Source: Schlesneria sp.
Lineage (GTDB): Bacteria; Planctomycetota; Planctomycetia; Planctomycetales; Planctomycetaceae
Length of the DNA stretch: 54,415 nucleotides
Assembly (NCBI GenBank): GCA_044354755.1
Contig: JBIKZJ010000001.1
Location: 1-54,415, forward strand
Direction: 5' to 3'
Positions 30,901-40,820 of this stretch are shown here, one piece after another. The notes under the pieces are model-generated. The model was not told the DNA's origin. It saw only the letters and a list, made by a program, of their open reading frames with translations, and made no database searches. The position numbers and the translations under genes were made by a program. Numbering within the stretch: the stretch's first letter is position 1; each line of letters opens with the position of its first letter.

Positions 30901-32184
30901 GCAGCGGTGGCCAACGTTGCAGGGCTCGTCCATGTCGCGGAAGCGGAATCAAATTGCCGACTCAAGAGCCGCCGCTCGATTATCGCCCTGAATATGGGGT
31001 TTGACAAATTCGCCAAAGAGATCTGTCAGGTTCGCGATCGCCCAGATCTCACCCAACGAACCATTTTTATTGACGAGTTCTCGACTTGGAACGGCAATCT
31101 GGGCTGGTTATCTAATTACTATCGCTCACGTTCCGTCGCCGATTTAAGGTCAGCCATGGCATTGGGGATCGGTAGCCTTCACCATGATCAGATCGTTGAC
31201 GAGGTACTGGAGGATTGGGTCGATACCCTGAAAGATTGGTATGTGAATGCTCCCGAACCATTGATGCACAGTTCGGCCACGTATGCGTTGCGGAGACTCA
31301 AGATTGGGTTGCCCCGATTGCCAGCCAAATGTCGAAGCCGCTTCGGACGAGAGTGGTTCGAGAATTCACAAGGATTGACGCTGATAAAAATCAAACCCGG
31401 AGAATTTCAGCGCAGAGACTCGGTTTCCGATAAACTTCTCGCGGGGGCCGAGGAACAACAGGTGCAGGTAACCCGGCCCTTCTATCTGGGTGACCGCGAA
31501 GTGACCGTGCGGCAGTTTAACCAGTTTCTCCAGGATCCCCAGGCCGAGAAGATGGATGGCTGCAATGGTGCGGATCCGAAAATCAGTCCGACCCCTGACC
31601 ACCCGGTCCAGCAAGTCGCCTGGATTGATGCGGTGATGTTCTGTAATTGGCTGAGTCGCAAAGAAGGACTTGATGTCTGTTATCGACGCACGGGAAAAAC
31701 CGAACGAATCTTACTGCCAGACAAACGAGAACACCGGGAAAAAGAGCAGGAAATCGAAGAATGGTGCTTGATTCCCGAAGCGACCGGTTATCGATTGCCA
31801 ACCGAAGCAGAATGGGAATTGGCCTGTCGCGCCGGGACGACAACACGATTTGCCTGTGGCAATGACGCAGAATTGCTGGCAACATACGCGGTTTTTCAAG
31901 CAAGTGGCACGGGGATTGGTGGACACAAAATGCCGAATGGCTGGGGCTTGTTCGATATGCATGGAAATAACTGGGAATGGTGCGAAGACCGACACGCCCC
32001 TTTCGATGCCCCTAACTCGGTCATCAACCCGACGGGGCCTGGTGCCGGTTCCAACCGTGTGTGTCGAGGAGGTGGCTGGGACTTTGTCGCAGACCACTGC
32101 CAGTCTTTCTCGCGACGAAATCACCAACCATTGCATCGCTCGCATTACCTCGGATTCCGCGTCGCCAAGCATCTCGATCCTTGA
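27910..32184 (+). CDS. Ser/Thr protein kinase + STAND-type P-loop NTPase + TM + FGE-sulfatase (SUMF1) domain protein
   Basis: Kinase: GEGGFGVVY, VAIK, HRDIKPGN, DFG, GTPAYMSPEQ. Walker A GPSGCGKSS, Walker B IVIDQFEQ, LTHDYL. One hydrophobic helix. FGE: RLPTEAEWELACRAG, NGWGLFDMHGN.WEWC, GFRV. Confidence 0.9.
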   Translation: MTQHIQANSDQVIEDETFCVPSRDAMKIVRMALQQTPGSSRSEFVADACRDGSPLQRDVEELPAAAGSQKPVIERTPRSLDKLGLSNTPRTLPECIGRYRVERLLGEGGFGVVYLAQDCELSRSVAIKVPHAHLLDRAEVEAAYLAEAQAVASLDHPHIVPVYDVGHTDHFPCFVVSKYIDGTDLAKRLEQSRLQLKTAVELVATVADALHHAHQQGLVHRDIKPGNLLLDLQGTVYVADFGLVLREQDLGTGPRFAGTPAYMSPEQARGEGHRVDSRSDLFSLGVVLYELLVGQRPFRGKTTTELRERVSRFEPPCPRQIDARIPVELERICLKAISKRAQDRYATAQELAADLRSFLTEQQPPGDLLTGIGSGNPLLSPQHSLQFTESFEPLAAGDDVTPAMLNASSPTSIPIEPKGLRSFDADDAAFFLELLPGPRDRKGLPDSLRFWKTRIESRNPDHTFAAGLIYGPSGCGKSSLMKAGLLPRLSDNILAVYIEATANETEIRLLRSLRNQCPLLPSTMGLKESMLALRRDQLLPEGKKLLIVIDQFEQWLHANRIEQDVELVQSLRHCDGTSLQSIFMVRDDFWMGASRFMQELEVPLVESKNLAAVDLFPAFHAIRVLAAYGQAFRVLPQNQSHASLQQDEFLKASVSGLAQQGKVICIRLALFAEMMKDKPWTPAALNEVGGTEGVGMAFLDATFSAATAPAAFQCHLPGVIGVLQALLPESGADIKGHMRSRYELLVAAGYTRSMDAFSELLRILDSEVRLITPTNPEGSLDQVEFERSTDSQKYYQLTHDYLVPSIRQWLIQQQQGTRRGRAELRLIERAEIWKSKPDNRYLPSLGEFLTAAWFIPKSLQTPVQQAMLRKAGSVHAIQVGGLLAVMLMIGFAVTSLLAKEREHSLKNQVVIAVDAVENNRGAAVPLTLNDLKRLPQNHVLAELNRRFAMARSQRKLRLAFALADYGQVHTDYLYSQVEQAPPSELNNFVTALNSSGQAAVANVAGLVHVAEAESNCRLKSRRSIIALNMGFDKFAKEICQVRDRPDLTQRTIFIDEFSTWNGNLGWLSNYYRSRSVADLRSAMALGIGSLHHDQIVDEVLEDWVDTLKDWYVNAPEPLMHSSATYALRRLKIGLPRLPAKCRSRFGREWFENSQGLTLIKIKPGEFQRRDSVSDKLLAGAEEQQVQVTRPFYLGDREVTVRQFNQFLQDPQAEKMDGCNGADPKISPTPDHPVQQVAWIDAVMFCNWLSRKEGLDVCYRRTGKTERILLPDKREHREKEQEIEEWCLIPEATGYRLPTEAEWELACRAGTTTRFACGNDAELLATYAVFQASGTGIGGHKMPNGWGLFDMHGNNWEWCEDRHAPFDAPNSVINPTGPGAGSNRVCRGGGWDFVADHCQSFSRRNHQPLHRSHYLGFRVAKHLDP

Positions 32185-32256
32185 TCTGCGGATTTCACGG
32201 TCTGGAATTCGGGCGGAATTCTTGTTGGAGACAATCTTTTTGGAGACAACGTGGTT

Positions 32257-33252
32257 ATGGATCGAATCAAGTCCGTCGGAGTGATCGGTGCCGGTATGGC
32301 AGGACTCGCCTGTGCGGGGGCTTTACAGGCGGCTGGTATTCCGGTCACGCTCTTCGAAAAATCACGCGGTGTTGGTGGCCGCATGGCCACGCGCCGTACC
32401 GAATCGGGATCCGCTTTCGATCATGGCGCTCAGTATTTCACCGTCCGCGATCCGCGGTTTCGTCAGCAGGTCGAGCAATGGTGTCTTGCCGGGACTGCGG
32501 CACTGTGGTTAGGCCGGATTATCCGCCTGGAACAGGGAGTGATCTCAGAGCTCAACGAGCCGATCGATCGCTATGTTGGCCTCCCTGCCATGAATTCCAT
32601 CGCCAAATCGCTGGCTAGCGATTTAAACCTGAATCTGAATCGCACAATTCAGTCGATCCATTCTTTCGACGATGGCTGGGGATTAACTGACAGCAATCAA
32701 GTTCTGTATCGGCCATTTGGGGGATTGGTACTGGCGATTCCGCCTCAACAGGCGATCCAGTTGACTCAAGCGAATCTGGGAGCGACCCAAGCCTTGATTG
32801 GTGATGTCGAACTGGCCCCATGTTGGGCTGCCATGGTTCAATTCACGCAGCGATTCGATGTGCCGTATGATGCCGCATTCGTCCATCAGTCCCCTTTCAC
32901 GTGGGTGGCGCGCAATTCCAGTAAACCGGGCCGTGACACCAGTGAATGCTGGGTCCTGCATGCCTCACCCGAGTGGACGAAAGAACATCTCGAAGATCCT
33001 GCCGATCAGGTTGCCAGACAACTGCTCGAGGAATTCTGGCAAGTCACTGGTCAGAGCCCCCAACCCGTTGCGGCGCTGGCCGCTCATCGCTGGCGCTTTG
33101 CCATCCCCCGTAAGCCGCTACAGCAGCGGTCGATTTTCGATCCCAAGCAGCGACTCGGCCTCTGCGGAGACTGGTGCGGCGGCCCCCGCATCGAAGGTGC
33201 CTTCCTCAGCGGGATCGCCATGGCCGAGGCGATCCTGAATTCGCCAAGCTGA
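32257..33252 (+). CDS. Renalase-like NAD(P)/FAD-dependent oxidoreductase
   Basis: VIGAGMAGLACA; FEKSRGVGGRMATRR; FDHGAQYFT; SSKPGR; HRWRFA; CGDWCGGPRIEGAFLSG. Confidence 0.9.
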   Translation: MDRIKSVGVIGAGMAGLACAGALQAAGIPVTLFEKSRGVGGRMATRRTESGSAFDHGAQYFTVRDPRFRQQVEQWCLAGTAALWLGRIIRLEQGVISELNEPIDRYVGLPAMNSIAKSLASDLNLNLNRTIQSIHSFDDGWGLTDSNQVLYRPFGGLVLAIPPQQAIQLTQANLGATQALIGDVELAPCWAAMVQFTQRFDVPYDAAFVHQSPFTWVARNSSKPGRDTSECWVLHASPEWTKEHLEDPADQVARQLLEEFWQVTGQSPQPVAALAAHRWRFAIPRKPLQQRSIFDPKQRLGLCGDWCGGPRIEGAFLSGIAMAEAILNSPS

Positions 33253-33617
33253 CACAGTTGTACCCGGACCCTGGAGCGATGGATGCCCTGGAAAATGCGA
33301 TGTGACTTTCTTGGGGAATTTCGGATATCCAGCTCTCATCTCGTTTGAATTTATTGGAGTTCTGCGGCATCCTGCTTCCGATTGAACCTGAGCATGACAA
33401 GGCGACAAGCAAACTAACCGGCAAGCTCAAGATCGAAACCCTTGAATGAATTCAGTAGACCCGAAATCCGCCGCGATACACCTCCTGCTCATCACCCCTC
33501 TCTTCAAGCCGAGTTTCAGCTGAAGAATAAATCAGGTGTCGATAGATATGCCTAAAAGAATCCGTCGGTGAGAACCCCTGATCGCGATTACTGAACCTGG
33601 GATTGGACTGCATTCAG

Positions 33618-33660
33618 AAAACCTGGCTCTCATTGAGAACGATTCTTAAGTAGAGCCAGG
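33618..33660 (-). terminator. Probable intrinsic terminator of the CxxCH protein gene
   Basis: CCTGGCTCT..AGAGCCAGG 9-bp outer stem with inner pairing, followed on the minus strand by TTTT, 35 nt after the stop. Confidence 0.5.
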
Positions 33661-33695
33661 ATCTTTTCGAGATCAAAACGGTCCTACACCGAGGC

Positions 33696-36600
33696 TTATT
33701 TCCCCCCTGCGAATTGAGCCTGGGCTTTTGAGCCTTCCAAGTCGCTCAGTTCAACTCGCAACGGAACCGTTCGCGTTAACAGATTCACCCCCAATGTGAC
33801 CCGATGAACACCGACTTCGAACGGGATCGCTAACGTGGTCGCAGGATCGACCGGCTGACCGTCGACCCAGAGATCAAGTCCGCTGGCGTCGTTCAACTTC
33901 AAACCAACCTGACCGGGGGTGGTGACATTGATGGTACACCGCACAAAGCCGAACTTACGGTCGGCAATCGCGACGCGGCCCTTCAGGGTGAAATCGAGGA
34001 CATCGCTTGCAGGCAATCCTCCACCCACGGTGCTGTAGACCGGGACCCAAGTCAGTCCCGCATCTTCGGCAATCACCTGCGAGTCACTCGTCCGGATCAA
34101 TTTGCGGTAGGTTTCATTGGTCGGTTGCAGGGTCTCCCAGCGGCGGACAATCCGCGATGTGACCACTGCGTAGGGGCCTGGTTTCCCCAATTCGGACATG
34201 AACCGCACCAGATCAATCAATTCCGAGCGGGTCAATTTATCGACCAGCCCGACGGGCATCAGTGAGGTTCCTGATTTCAACTCTTCAATCGATTTCAGCG
34301 GGATGGCGAATTCACGGTCTTCGACATCCCTTAACAGCAAGTCGGTATCGGTTTCACGAACTTTAATCCCGGTCAAAACTTTTCCTTCGTCCGTGGCGAC
34401 GACCAGTGATTGATACCCTTCCTTGACGTTCTTGTTCGGATCCAGAATCGAATCAACCAGGTAGTCCACCTGGGCACTCGAGCCGACACTCATGAGGTCC
34501 GGCCCCACCTTGCCACCAGCGCCACTGACCGCGTGGCATTTTTGACAATTAAGCTCGGCACGACGAAAAATCAATTCCCCATGTGCGGCATTTCCCTGTT
34601 CCTTGATGGTAGCGACCAGCGACCCCATCTCGTCTTTGGACAACATCTTCGGTGCATTCACGATGTTGCCCGCTTTGCTAAGTGCCTCGGTCAACTTCGG
34701 TTCTTGTCGACCCGAGCCGGTGATCATTCGCAAGGCAATCTTGGCCACATCCTCGGGAAGTTTTTGGTCATTGAGTGCCGTTGCCAGAATATCAGGCCCC
34801 CCTTTGTGCTGCAGGAAGGCATTGATCAGACTCGCCTGGGTGCCGATCTCTTTCGAACCGATCAACGTCTTCACAGTCAGAGCGGCGGCATTGGCGGTAT
34901 CCAGCGGAATCAGCGAAGTAATGGCGACGGTCCGCAGCGTTTCGGGATCATTCGCGGTCGCCAGCGTCATCAGCAATTGCTTGCTGGGTTCCCCCCCCAG
35001 TTGGGCCAGCCCCCGAATCGCGGCAATTCGAGCGGACGATTCGGATTCGGAATTCTTCGCGATCGCTGTCACCGGAGCCCGTAAGGCTTCAAGTTTCCAG
35101 GTGCCGATACAGTCGACCGCCGCCTGCTGCAGCGCGGCATCCGGCGATTTTAAGGCATTAACCAAAGTACCAAGGTCACCCGCGGGCTGGACATCACGCT
35201 TTCGTTTGGCTTCCGCCAGCGTCGACAACATGGTCGCCGCTTGCGGGGCCGGTGTTGTTGGCGAGGTTGCCAGATCAAATACCAAACGCAAATCGTCGGG
35301 GCCGCCCAATTGGCCCAAAGTTTCCATCAATTGACCTTCCAATTCCGCAGGGACCTGTTTGTCTCGCAGCTTCTGGACGAGTGCCGGAATGGCCGCGCCC
35401 GCTTCGGCGGATCGGACGGCGAAGAGCATTCGAGGGAATTTTCCCTCGAAATCAAACTTCCCCGCCACCACCTCCGGCAGCCAGACTGGGGCCAGCTCGC
35501 GGCTGGTCTGCCACAGGGCGTAGTCACCAAACTGATCCTGAACCCGGTCGGCCGCTCGGAGTGCGAGTGCTGCCGCTTTCAACTCAGAAAATTCGGACAA
35601 GGCTCGCACCGCTTCCATCTGGACGCGAGGATTTTCGTCAGCAACCAGCGATTCCAGCCAGACCAGTGCCGAAGGGAGTTGCTCTTTCCACTGGGGAATC
35701 ACCCGTGCTCCTGCAGCCCGGGCTTGAGGTGATTTCGACTTGAGCACCGCTTCCAGCAACGCGGGGTTGGGGACATCCAGACTCTGGTACATCCACAACC
35801 CTTCCAGTCGATAATGCTCGAACTGCGGGTCGCTGGGGTCGAGTTTTTTCACCCAAAGAGCGAGTGCGGGAATGACCTGCTCAGCACCCTGCTCTTTCAG
35901 AACGCGCTTCACATGATGACGTTCGTAGCTTTCGGGTGACTTGAGCGAATCCAGTAATTGCGCAGCGGGCTTTCCGGCAAACTTGGGGCGTTCAACCGTT
36001 TTCCGGTCTTTGGCGGTCACACGCCAGATCCGACCATGGGTGTGGTCACGACGAGGATCACGAAAGTCGACTTCGCCGTGTTGGATAATCGGGTTGTACC
36101 AGTCGGCAATATAGATGGCTCCGTCAGGCCCCTGCTTGACATCGATCGGGCGGAAGGCGACGTGCTGAGAACTGATCAGGTCGGGTTGCTGCCGGGCGGC
36201 AAATCCCGCTCCATCTTCACTCAGCACAAACCGACAGACACGATGACCACGGAAATCATGGGTAATCAGATTTCCCTGCCAGTCATCAGGGAGATGTCGT
36301 CCATCGATCATTTCCAGGCCGCAATACTTGGGGCTTCCTGGATTCAGTCCATGCAGAATGCGAGGCACGCCAAAGACCGTCGGATAGGCCGCCCCCGGAA
36401 CGACGTAATTGATTCCCTCGCCCCCGGCACCATCGGTGACAAACGACTGTCCCCAGCGATCAAAAGTGTGACCCCACGTGTTGACCCAGCCACGAGCGAA
36501 AATATCGAGTTTCATCGTTTCTGGACGAAACCGCCAGACGCCCCCGGCATTCAGTCGGCGAACGCCGAAGGGGGTCTCGACATGGCTGTGAATGTAAATC

Positions 36601-37157
36601 GACTGATTCATGTAAAGCTGGCCATCCATCCCCCAGCGAAACGTGTGCAGGATGTGGTGGGTATCTTCGGTACCGAACCCGCTCAGCACAATCCGCGACT
36701 GATCGGCTTTGCCGTCTCCGTCAGTATCCTTGAGATGCAGCAATTCGGTACTGTTCGCCACATAGACCCCGCCATCCCCCGGTTCGATCCCGGTGGGAAT
36801 CAGCAGTCCTTCAGCAAAGACCGTGGTTTTGTCCGAGACTCCATCGCCGTCGGTATCTTCCAGAATCAGAATCTTATCCGTCGCCTTTTGTCCCGGTGCG
36901 ATTTGCGGATAAACCTCGGAGGCGGCAATCCAGAGCCGGCCCTGGGGATCAAAATTCATCTGAATCGGCTTATGAATCCCGGGATCTGCCGCGAACAGGT
37001 TGACTTCGAACCCTTCCGGCAGCACAAACGTTTTCCGTTCTTCTTCGGCATCCGGAATCGGAATCTCTTTCAATTCCCGCTGGGCGAATGCGGGCGAGCA
37101 GAGCGACATCGACAGAACGAAGACCCAACTGGAACGAGACCACCGCAACCAATTCAT
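33696..37157 (-). CDS. PVC-type heme-binding CxxCH protein (beta-propeller dehydrogenase-like + HEAT repeats + cytochrome c)
   Basis: LPEGFEVNLFAADP; DTDGDG repeats; FRPIDVKQGPDGAIYIADWYN; HEAT-like helical region; CQKCH..VGPDL..SILDP..SLMP. Confidence 0.9.
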   Translation of the reverse strand: MNWLRWSRSSWVFVLSMSLCSPAFAQRELKEIPIPDAEEERKTFVLPEGFEVNLFAADPGIHKPIQMNFDPQGRLWIAASEVYPQIAPGQKATDKILILEDTDGDGVSDKTTVFAEGLLIPTGIEPGDGGVYVANSTELLHLKDTDGDGKADQSRIVLSGFGTEDTHHILHTFRWGMDGQLYMNQSIYIHSHVETPFGVRRLNAGGVWRFRPETMKLDIFARGWVNTWGHTFDRWGQSFVTDGAGGEGINYVVPGAAYPTVFGVPRILHGLNPGSPKYCGLEMIDGRHLPDDWQGNLITHDFRGHRVCRFVLSEDGAGFAARQQPDLISSQHVAFRPIDVKQGPDGAIYIADWYNPIIQHGEVDFRDPRRDHTHGRIWRVTAKDRKTVERPKFAGKPAAQLLDSLKSPESYERHHVKRVLKEQGAEQVIPALALWVKKLDPSDPQFEHYRLEGLWMYQSLDVPNPALLEAVLKSKSPQARAAGARVIPQWKEQLPSALVWLESLVADENPRVQMEAVRALSEFSELKAAALALRAADRVQDQFGDYALWQTSRELAPVWLPEVVAGKFDFEGKFPRMLFAVRSAEAGAAIPALVQKLRDKQVPAELEGQLMETLGQLGGPDDLRLVFDLATSPTTPAPQAATMLSTLAEAKRKRDVQPAGDLGTLVNALKSPDAALQQAAVDCIGTWKLEALRAPVTAIAKNSESESSARIAAIRGLAQLGGEPSKQLLMTLATANDPETLRTVAITSLIPLDTANAAALTVKTLIGSKEIGTQASLINAFLQHKGGPDILATALNDQKLPEDVAKIALRMITGSGRQEPKLTEALSKAGNIVNAPKMLSKDEMGSLVATIKEQGNAAHGELIFRRAELNCQKCHAVSGAGGKVGPDLMSVGSSAQVDYLVDSILDPNKNVKEGYQSLVVATDEGKVLTGIKVRETDTDLLLRDVEDREFAIPLKSIEELKSGTSLMPVGLVDKLTRSELIDLVRFMSELGKPGPYAVVTSRIVRRWETLQPTNETYRKLIRTSDSQVIAEDAGLTWVPVYSTVGGGLPASDVLDFTLKGRVAIADRKFGFVRCTINVTTPGQVGLKLNDASGLDLWVDGQPVDPATTLAIPFEVGVHRVTLGVNLLTRTVPLRVELSDLEGSKAQAQFAGGK

Positions 37158-37550
37158 TATCAGACCCGCTGAAAAAAGTGAAAACCGGATTCATCGCCGA
37201 TTCGAAAAAGAGATTTCACAACAACGATTGTTTCGTAGAGACGCTCTGCATTCAAGCGTGCGAGCCCAAATGCCTCTTTCCTGAAATTGTACTTTCGGTC
37301 AGAATCTCCGTTGATCGAGAATGCCAACACCATTTTCCCCAAACAGGGTCATGGTGAACAAGATCAAAGGGGTACCATCGCATCAGAGCCTGCGCCGAAG
37401 CGGTGCTGTTTCTTATTTGGAACGGGACCACACTTCATTCGAAGTCAAACCGGCCGAAAGCAAGGGGTTTTTCGAGCGTCCCCCCCTCAATCGTGTCCAC
37501 CATTTTGACAACCTGAAACACTCAAAAATACTGCAGCGAGCGATTCCGAA

Positions 37551-38180
37551 ATGACATCCATTCCCCAGATTGTGCTCAGCAGCCGGAATGAAAAGAAAAT
37601 TGGCGAGATCGCCGAACTGTTCGCTCCTTTTGACATCCGGCTCATCGGAGTTCGTGAATTTGCCCATGTTCCCGAGGTCGAGGAAGATGGCGATTCGTTC
37701 GCCGCCAATGCCGCGAAAAAGGCGACTGAGGTGGCAAAAACCCTGAACTGCTGGGTGATTGCGGAAGACAGCGGCCTTTGCGTCGATGCGCTGGGGGGAG
37801 CCCCCGGCATTTATTCTGCACGCTATGCAGGGGAACAGGGTGCCGACGCGCTCAACAACCAAAAGCTGTTGCAGGAATTGTCTGCCACCCCCACGGAAAA
37901 GCGAACTGCGTATTACATTTGTCATGCCGTACTGTCCGACCCCCAGGGCCGAGTCCGATTGTCTTCGGAGGGGCGATGCGGAGGCCGGATTCTGACGGAA
38001 TTCCGGGGTGAGCATGGTTTTGGTTACGACCCCTTGTTTCTAGTGCGGGAATTTCATCAGACCTTTGGCCAGCTTTCGCCGGCGGTCAAGCGGCATATCA
38101 GCCATCGCGCAAAAGCGTTTGAGCGATTCATTCCGCAAATCCTGCGACTGTTTGACGAGTCCACTCCTCAGGCTTTGTGA
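37551..38180 (+). CDS. rdgB: Non-canonical purine NTP pyrophosphatase (RdgB/HAM1)
   Basis: SRNEKK; EEDGDSFAANAAKKA; EDSGLCVDALGGAPGIYSARY; GFGYDPLF; ISHR. Confidence 0.95.
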   Translation: MTSIPQIVLSSRNEKKIGEIAELFAPFDIRLIGVREFAHVPEVEEDGDSFAANAAKKATEVAKTLNCWVIAEDSGLCVDALGGAPGIYSARYAGEQGADALNNQKLLQELSATPTEKRTAYYICHAVLSDPQGRVRLSSEGRCGGRILTEFRGEHGFGYDPLFLVREFHQTFGQLSPAVKRHISHRAKAFERFIPQILRLFDESTPQAL

Positions 38181-39325
38181 TTCACTACCAACCCCGCGGC
38201 ACGTTTTCACAATCTTCATCGACTTCCCTTCAGCGAGTTCACCCCGTGGCCACCTCCGCATCAAAACCGACTGTTTCCAATCGAGCCTTGATCATCGTGG
38301 TGCTAAAATGGCTGCTCGCAATGGCTTTGCTCGGGGGTTTGTTCTGGTTGAGTCGCAACAGCCTCGCCGAATTGCAGAATCGCCAGATTTTATGGCGTGC
38401 TTTTGCGATCGCTTTGGGGATTCGCTTTCTGTCGCTGCTGGCGACATTCAGTCGCTGGCGGTTGCTGGTTCGAGGGATCGGAATGCCGTTTTCGTTTCGA
38501 GAAACCTTTCGGCTGGGGATGCTGGGCGAAGGCTGCAATCTGATGGGACCGGGGGCCGTCGGCGGTGACCTGGTGAAAGCGACCCTGCTGGCAAAAAACC
38601 ATCCGAAGCGGATCGCCTCGGTCATGGCGACGGTATTTCTCGACCGTGTACTGGGAATCTGGGCGTTGTTCATGCTGGGTGCTTTCGCCTCACTCAGCCC
38701 TGCAGGCACCAAACCCGGACCCGAGTTAGCCTGGACCGTGTGGGTGTTATGGGGCGGTTCGCTGGCGGGACTAATTGGGGTCGTGCTGATGTTGATCCCA
38801 GCATTCACACATTCACGACTGATGCATTGGTTAACGACCTGGAAATTTGTCGGTCGGATTGTCAAAGAGTTAATGGATTCAATCCAGCTTTATCAGGGCA
38901 AACCGCAGATTGTAATTGGAGCGGCGGCACTCGGACTTTTGGGGCACTTTGGCTTTTTAAGCTCGTTCTATTTCTGTGCACAATCACTACATCAGGGGCA
39001 GGTTTACCCCAGCTTCATTGACCATGTTGTCGGGCTACCACTTCCCGAAGCATTAAGCGCTGCGGTGCCGTCACCCGGTGGCGTCGGAGCTTTAGAAGGT
39101 GCGGTCGCCTGGTTTTACCAGCAGCATCAGCGATCATTAGACCCCAACAGCCCCCCAGAACAATTGGCGAACGCCCTCTCGAACGGCCTCTTGACCGCAC
39201 TGGTCTATCGCTTAACCACCGTCGTCATGGGAGCGATTGGACTGGTCTACTATCTGACATCGCAAAACGAAATTCAAAAAGCGAGGCACGATGTCGCGAC
39301 GGACTCTCATGTACTGACAGGTTGA
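38177..39325 (+). CDS. Lysylphosphatidylglycerol synthase TM-domain (UPF0104) flippase-like membrane protein
   Basis: RWRLLV; PGAVGGDLVKA; TVFLDRVLG; PSPGGVGALEG; multiple TM helices. GTGA overlap with rdgB. Confidence 0.8.
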   Translation: MIHYQPRGTFSQSSSTSLQRVHPVATSASKPTVSNRALIIVVLKWLLAMALLGGLFWLSRNSLAELQNRQILWRAFAIALGIRFLSLLATFSRWRLLVRGIGMPFSFRETFRLGMLGEGCNLMGPGAVGGDLVKATLLAKNHPKRIASVMATVFLDRVLGIWALFMLGAFASLSPAGTKPGPELAWTVWVLWGGSLAGLIGVVLMLIPAFTHSRLMHWLTTWKFVGRIVKELMDSIQLYQGKPQIVIGAAALGLLGHFGFLSSFYFCAQSLHQGQVYPSFIDHVVGLPLPEALSAAVPSPGGVGALEGAVAWFYQQHQRSLDPNSPPEQLANALSNGLLTALVYRLTTVVMGAIGLVYYLTSQNEIQKARHDVATDSHVLTG

Positions 39326-39363
39326 CCAGTAAACGGACCACAGACCATCCCCCGCAGAATAGG

Positions 39364-40758
39364 CTAAATCTCAAACGATTCCCCGAACCGAGGGATTGTC
39401 GGTGGTTCATCGCAGACATGGTCCAGTAAATGAGCCACCGCCTGCGACGATTCTTGTTCTCCGTGTACCACGAAGGCCCGTCCGACACCTCGCACTGCCC
39501 CCAATCCTTCAAACCACCATTTGAAATCTTCAGCATCCGCATGTGCGGATAAGCCCTGCAGGGTTTCCACTTCGGCTTGCACCTTGACATCGTGGTCCAG
39601 AACCCGAACGATCGGAATCCGGTCCTGAATCCGGCGGCCGAGTGTATTCTGCGCCTGATACCCAATCAGTAGCACGATATTTTTCGGATCACTCAGACCG
39701 TGCAGTAGATGATGAATGACTCGTCCCGCCTCGCACATCCCGCTGGCAGCAATGATGACAAACGCCCCTTTGCGATAGTTCAGTTCCATGCTTTCCGATT
39801 GTGACCGAATGTAGCGGAGCCCCGGAAAGCTGAACGGATCTCGATCCGTTTGCATGCACCGCTGAAACTCGACCTCGAGCACTGCGGAATGTCGGCGATA
39901 AATCGAAGTAATTTCGCTGGAAAGAGGACTGTCAACAAACACAGGAATCGCCGGCAACTCTCCCGCATTATAAAGTTCATTGAGAAAATAGACGAAATTT
40001 TGCGTCCGCCCCAGACTGAATGCCGGGATAATGACTCGCCCCCCTCGTGCTTCCGCCCGATGCAGAATCGTTTTTAACTGGGCTTTAATATCATCGGCTG
40101 CGGGATGAATTCGATTACCATAGGTCGATTCCGTGATCAGAACATCACAGCCTTCAACCCGTTGGGGATCATGCAATAATGGAGTATCGCGACGTCCAAG
40201 ATCACCCGAAAAGACCACTCGTTTCCAGTCCCCGCGCTCGCAAATTTCCATCTCGCAAATTGCCGAACCCAGAATGTGCCCGGCATCTTGAAACCTCAAT
40301 CGAAAATCCTTCGAAAGATCATGCCATTCCCCATAGGGAATCGTTTCAAGCTGTTTGATGACCCTCGTGACATGTTCATCATCATAAAGAGGTTGAATGC
40401 GGGGTAATTCGGGAGGATGTTTGCGATTGAGGTATCGTGCGTCTTCCTCCTGAATATGGGCACTGTCATGCAACATCACCTCGGCAACATCCGCTGTCGC
40501 CGGGGTGCAGAAGATCGGCCCGCGAAAGCCCGCTTTGTACAGCCCCGGAAGGTTCCCGCAATGGTCAGTATGAGCGTGCGATAAAATGACCCCGTCCAAT
40601 GTCTTGGGAAGACAACGGAACTGCTCATTCTTACGTCGCGACTCGACCCGATGCCCTTGAAACAGGCCACAGTCCAACAGAATCCGCAGATTTTCGGTCT
40701 CAATCAGATGCTGGCTTCCCGTCACTTCGCCTGCAGCACCATAAAACGTGATCTTCAT
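39364..40758 (-). CDS. MBL-fold beta-CASP ribonuclease
   Basis: GAAGEVTGS; LDCGLFQG; SHAHTDHCG; AGHILGS; FSGDLG; ESTYG; PAFSLGRTQ; SAHAD; VHGE. Confidence 0.92.
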   Translation of the reverse strand: MKITFYGAAGEVTGSQHLIETENLRILLDCGLFQGHRVESRRKNEQFRCLPKTLDGVILSHAHTDHCGNLPGLYKAGFRGPIFCTPATADVAEVMLHDSAHIQEEDARYLNRKHPPELPRIQPLYDDEHVTRVIKQLETIPYGEWHDLSKDFRLRFQDAGHILGSAICEMEICERGDWKRVVFSGDLGRRDTPLLHDPQRVEGCDVLITESTYGNRIHPAADDIKAQLKTILHRAEARGGRVIIPAFSLGRTQNFVYFLNELYNAGELPAIPVFVDSPLSSEITSIYRRHSAVLEVEFQRCMQTDRDPFSFPGLRYIRSQSESMELNYRKGAFVIIAASGMCEAGRVIHHLLHGLSDPKNIVLLIGYQAQNTLGRRIQDRIPIVRVLDHDVKVQAEVETLQGLSAHADAEDFKWWFEGLGAVRGVGRAFVVHGEQESSQAVAHLLDHVCDEPPTIPRFGESFEI

Positions 40759-40820
40759 AACAATTCCATCCAAAACAGGCTTTGAGGACCAACTGAAGTG
40801 AGAGTCCATTCAAAAGCAGA

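Noticed and set aside
35958-37172. Long antisense ORFs (also 25362..26312, 21972..22829, 17614..18450, 41325..42155)
   Set aside because: These are shadow frames of well-supported genes in GC-rich DNA and contain no recognisable motifs.
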